64,000 nt of DNA from Octopus sinensis. Its lineage: Eukaryota. Below, in pieces: positions 61,900 through 64,000 of the stretch (positions are counted from its first letter, which is position 1; each line of letters begins with the position of its first letter). The stretch spans positions 100,564,001 to 100,628,000 of the forward strand of contig NC_043000.1 of assembly GCF_006345805.1 (NCBI RefSeq), written 5' to 3'. The notes under the pieces were generated by a model. The model saw only the letters and a list, made by a program, of their open reading frames with translations, searched no databases and had not been told where the DNA came from. Position numbers and translations under genes: made by a program.

Positions 61900-64000
61900 T
61901 AGTTTTATTTTTTATACGTGCTTTCACTTCACTACCGAGCGCAGCTCTGTGTGCCTTGGGTATGTGCTGTGATTTGTTGTGATGCTCTGATCGGTATTGT
62001 ATGGAAAGTGTTCTGCGTAGGATGTGTGCAGTGCCTAGTAGTGCAATTTTCTGTATGTTATATGTGTTTGTAAGTCCTGGTGTTTTTGTTATGTATTTGT
62101 CTGAATATTTTTTTATCATGCCTAATGCACCTACTATGATAGGAATTGTTTCTGTTTTCAGATTCCACATTCTAGTTACCTCTATTTCCAGGTCTTTGTA
62201 TTTTGAGAGTTTCTCCATTTCTTTTAGAGACACGTTGTCATCAGCCGGTATTGATACATCAATTAGAAAGCATTTTTTTTTCTTCATGATCTCTGACAAC
62301 TATATCTGGTCTGTTGGCCTTAATTTCTCTATCTGTGTGTATCGGCATATCCCAGAGTATGGTTGCTTTCTCGTTTTCTGTGACCTTTTCTGGTGTGTGC
62401 CTATACCATCTTTTTTCTGTTGTTATTCCATAATGTTGGCATAGCTTCCAATGTATGTAAGTTCCAACTCTGTCATGTCTGTGAATATATTCCTTCTTAG
62501 CCAGGACTGGGCAGCTAGAGATAATATGATTTATTGTTTCTTGTGCTGCAATTTATTGGTCTTGTGCTGCAATTAAAAATCCCTCTGTTTCTGCTTTGAG
62601 TCCTGAGCTTCTCAACCATTGCTGGGATTTTTCTTTATCTATTTCTTTTGCGTTTAGTTTAGTCCAGTATTTACCATGAAGGGGCTTTTCTTGCCATCGT
62701 TTTATCATGGTTCGTTGCTGTTATTTTTAGTTTGGATTTCATTTGTTTTATAGCTTTTGTTGTTTCTTCATCTTCTTCTTCTTCATGTTTATTAGGTGGT
62801 ATGATTTCTTGTTTGTATTTGTCAGCTTCCTTAAATACTGAGAACAGTTTTTTGTTTTGCTCGTGTTTTGCCGCTATCTGGATCAGTTTTCCTTCCTTCA
62901 GAAGTAGATATTTTTGCAGTCCTATGGTGGTTATTTTATAGTAGTTTTCCAGCTGTATAAGGCCTCTACCACCTTCTATACGTTGTATATATAGTCTTTC
63001 TATGTCAGATTTTGGGTGATGCATCCTAGATCCTGTCAGTATTTTTCTTGTTTTCCTATCTATTTTGGTCAGTTCATTTCGTGTCCAGTTAAGGATATTG
63101 TAGCTGTAACTTATAACTGGGACAGCTAAAGTGTTGATACCTATTATCTTGTTTTTAGCATTGAGCTCTGTGTTTAGTTTTGATCTAACTCGTCTATAAT
63201 ATTCTTTTTTTATTTTCTCTTTCATTTGTTTGTGTTGTGTCTTATCTAGTTCATGGATTCCTAAGTATTTGTAAGTTTGGCTTTGGTCTAATTCTTTTAT
63301 TTCATTGGTTTTATCTAGTGTGATGTTGTTACTCTTAACTAGTTTTCCTCTTTTCAGGGTTACTTTGGCGCATTTTTCTAATCCAAATTCATATATATTT
63401 CTTTGGTAAATCCATGAACTGTCTTTAATAGTGTTTCCAGCTGTTTGTCATTTGCAGCGTATAGTTTTAGGTCATCCATATATAAAAGGTGGCTGATCGT
63501 TTTGCCGTAACATTTATATCCGCATCCAGTTCTATTTAGCATATCAGATAGAGGTGACAGTGCCAAGCAGAAAAGGAGTGGAGAGAGCGTGTCTCCCTGG
63601 AATATTCCTCTTCTAATGGGGATGTCTTTAGTTTTCATGAGTCCCTCTTTTGTTTGGAGGTGTAGGACTGTTTGCCATTTATTCAGAGTGCTCTATGAAT
63701 TTTATGATTGTTGGTGCTACTTTGTTAATGGCTAGTGTTTCGAGGATCCATGTGTGGGGGATGCTATCAAACGCCTTTTGTAGTCAATCCAGGCCATACT
63801 GAGGCCTTTTTCTTCTTTCTGTGGCTGTCTTCAGTTATGGCTTTATTAATCATTAGTTGATCTTTACAGCCATATGAGCCTTTGCGGCATCCTTTCTGCT
63901 CTTCTGGGAACAGTTTGTTTTCGTCCAGGTGCTTGTTCAACCTTTGTGATATCACTGCAGTAAATGCCTTGAACATAGTAGGGAGGCATGTTATTGGTCT
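61837..64000 (-). mobile_element. R4/Dong-clade LINE (RT plus restriction-like endonuclease), frameshifted, with a (TAA)n 3' flank; continues beyond the window
   Basis: EQKGCRKGSYGCKDQLMINKAI; RRGIFQGDTLSPLLFCLAL; SHLLYMDDLKLYA; CFLIDVSIPADDNVSLKEMEKLSKYKDLEIE..IPIIVGALG. (TTA)n at 61837-61896. Confidence 0.92.

Overview
AT-rich, microsatellite-dense animal genomic DNA, most likely a coleoid cephalopod (octopus). That assignment is inferred from the SINE families and repeat landscape and was not verified by search. No complete host protein-coding gene is evident, only one or two weak exon candidates. The window is mostly transposon relics: tRNA-derived SINEs, RTE-X, CR1 and R4/Dong LINEs, Tc1/mariner, hAT, a Chapaev-like fragment, a Helitron end and Penelope-like elements (PLEs). 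The main result is a set of non-coding, hammerhead-ribozyme (HHR)-bearing elements inserted at or next to (TA)n tracts as head-to-head inverted arms. Family A (335-2760) is a 4.2-copy tandem array of a ~544-nt monomer with one type I HHR per unit. Family B (52949-54230) is two opposed, circularly permuted, more-than-one-unit concatemers of a ~546-nt monomer. Family C (40911-41472) is an older inverted pair. A, B and C share little overall sequence, yet all carry the same unusual HHR fold: an extended stem II interrupted by an AAN/URA internal loop, with compensatory base changes. A and B also share a covarying downstream two-helix module, and both right arms end ~192 nt after the predicted cleavage site. 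This looks like a retrozyme-like or non-autonomous PLE system. All ribozyme calls are manual secondary-structure parses and are untested.
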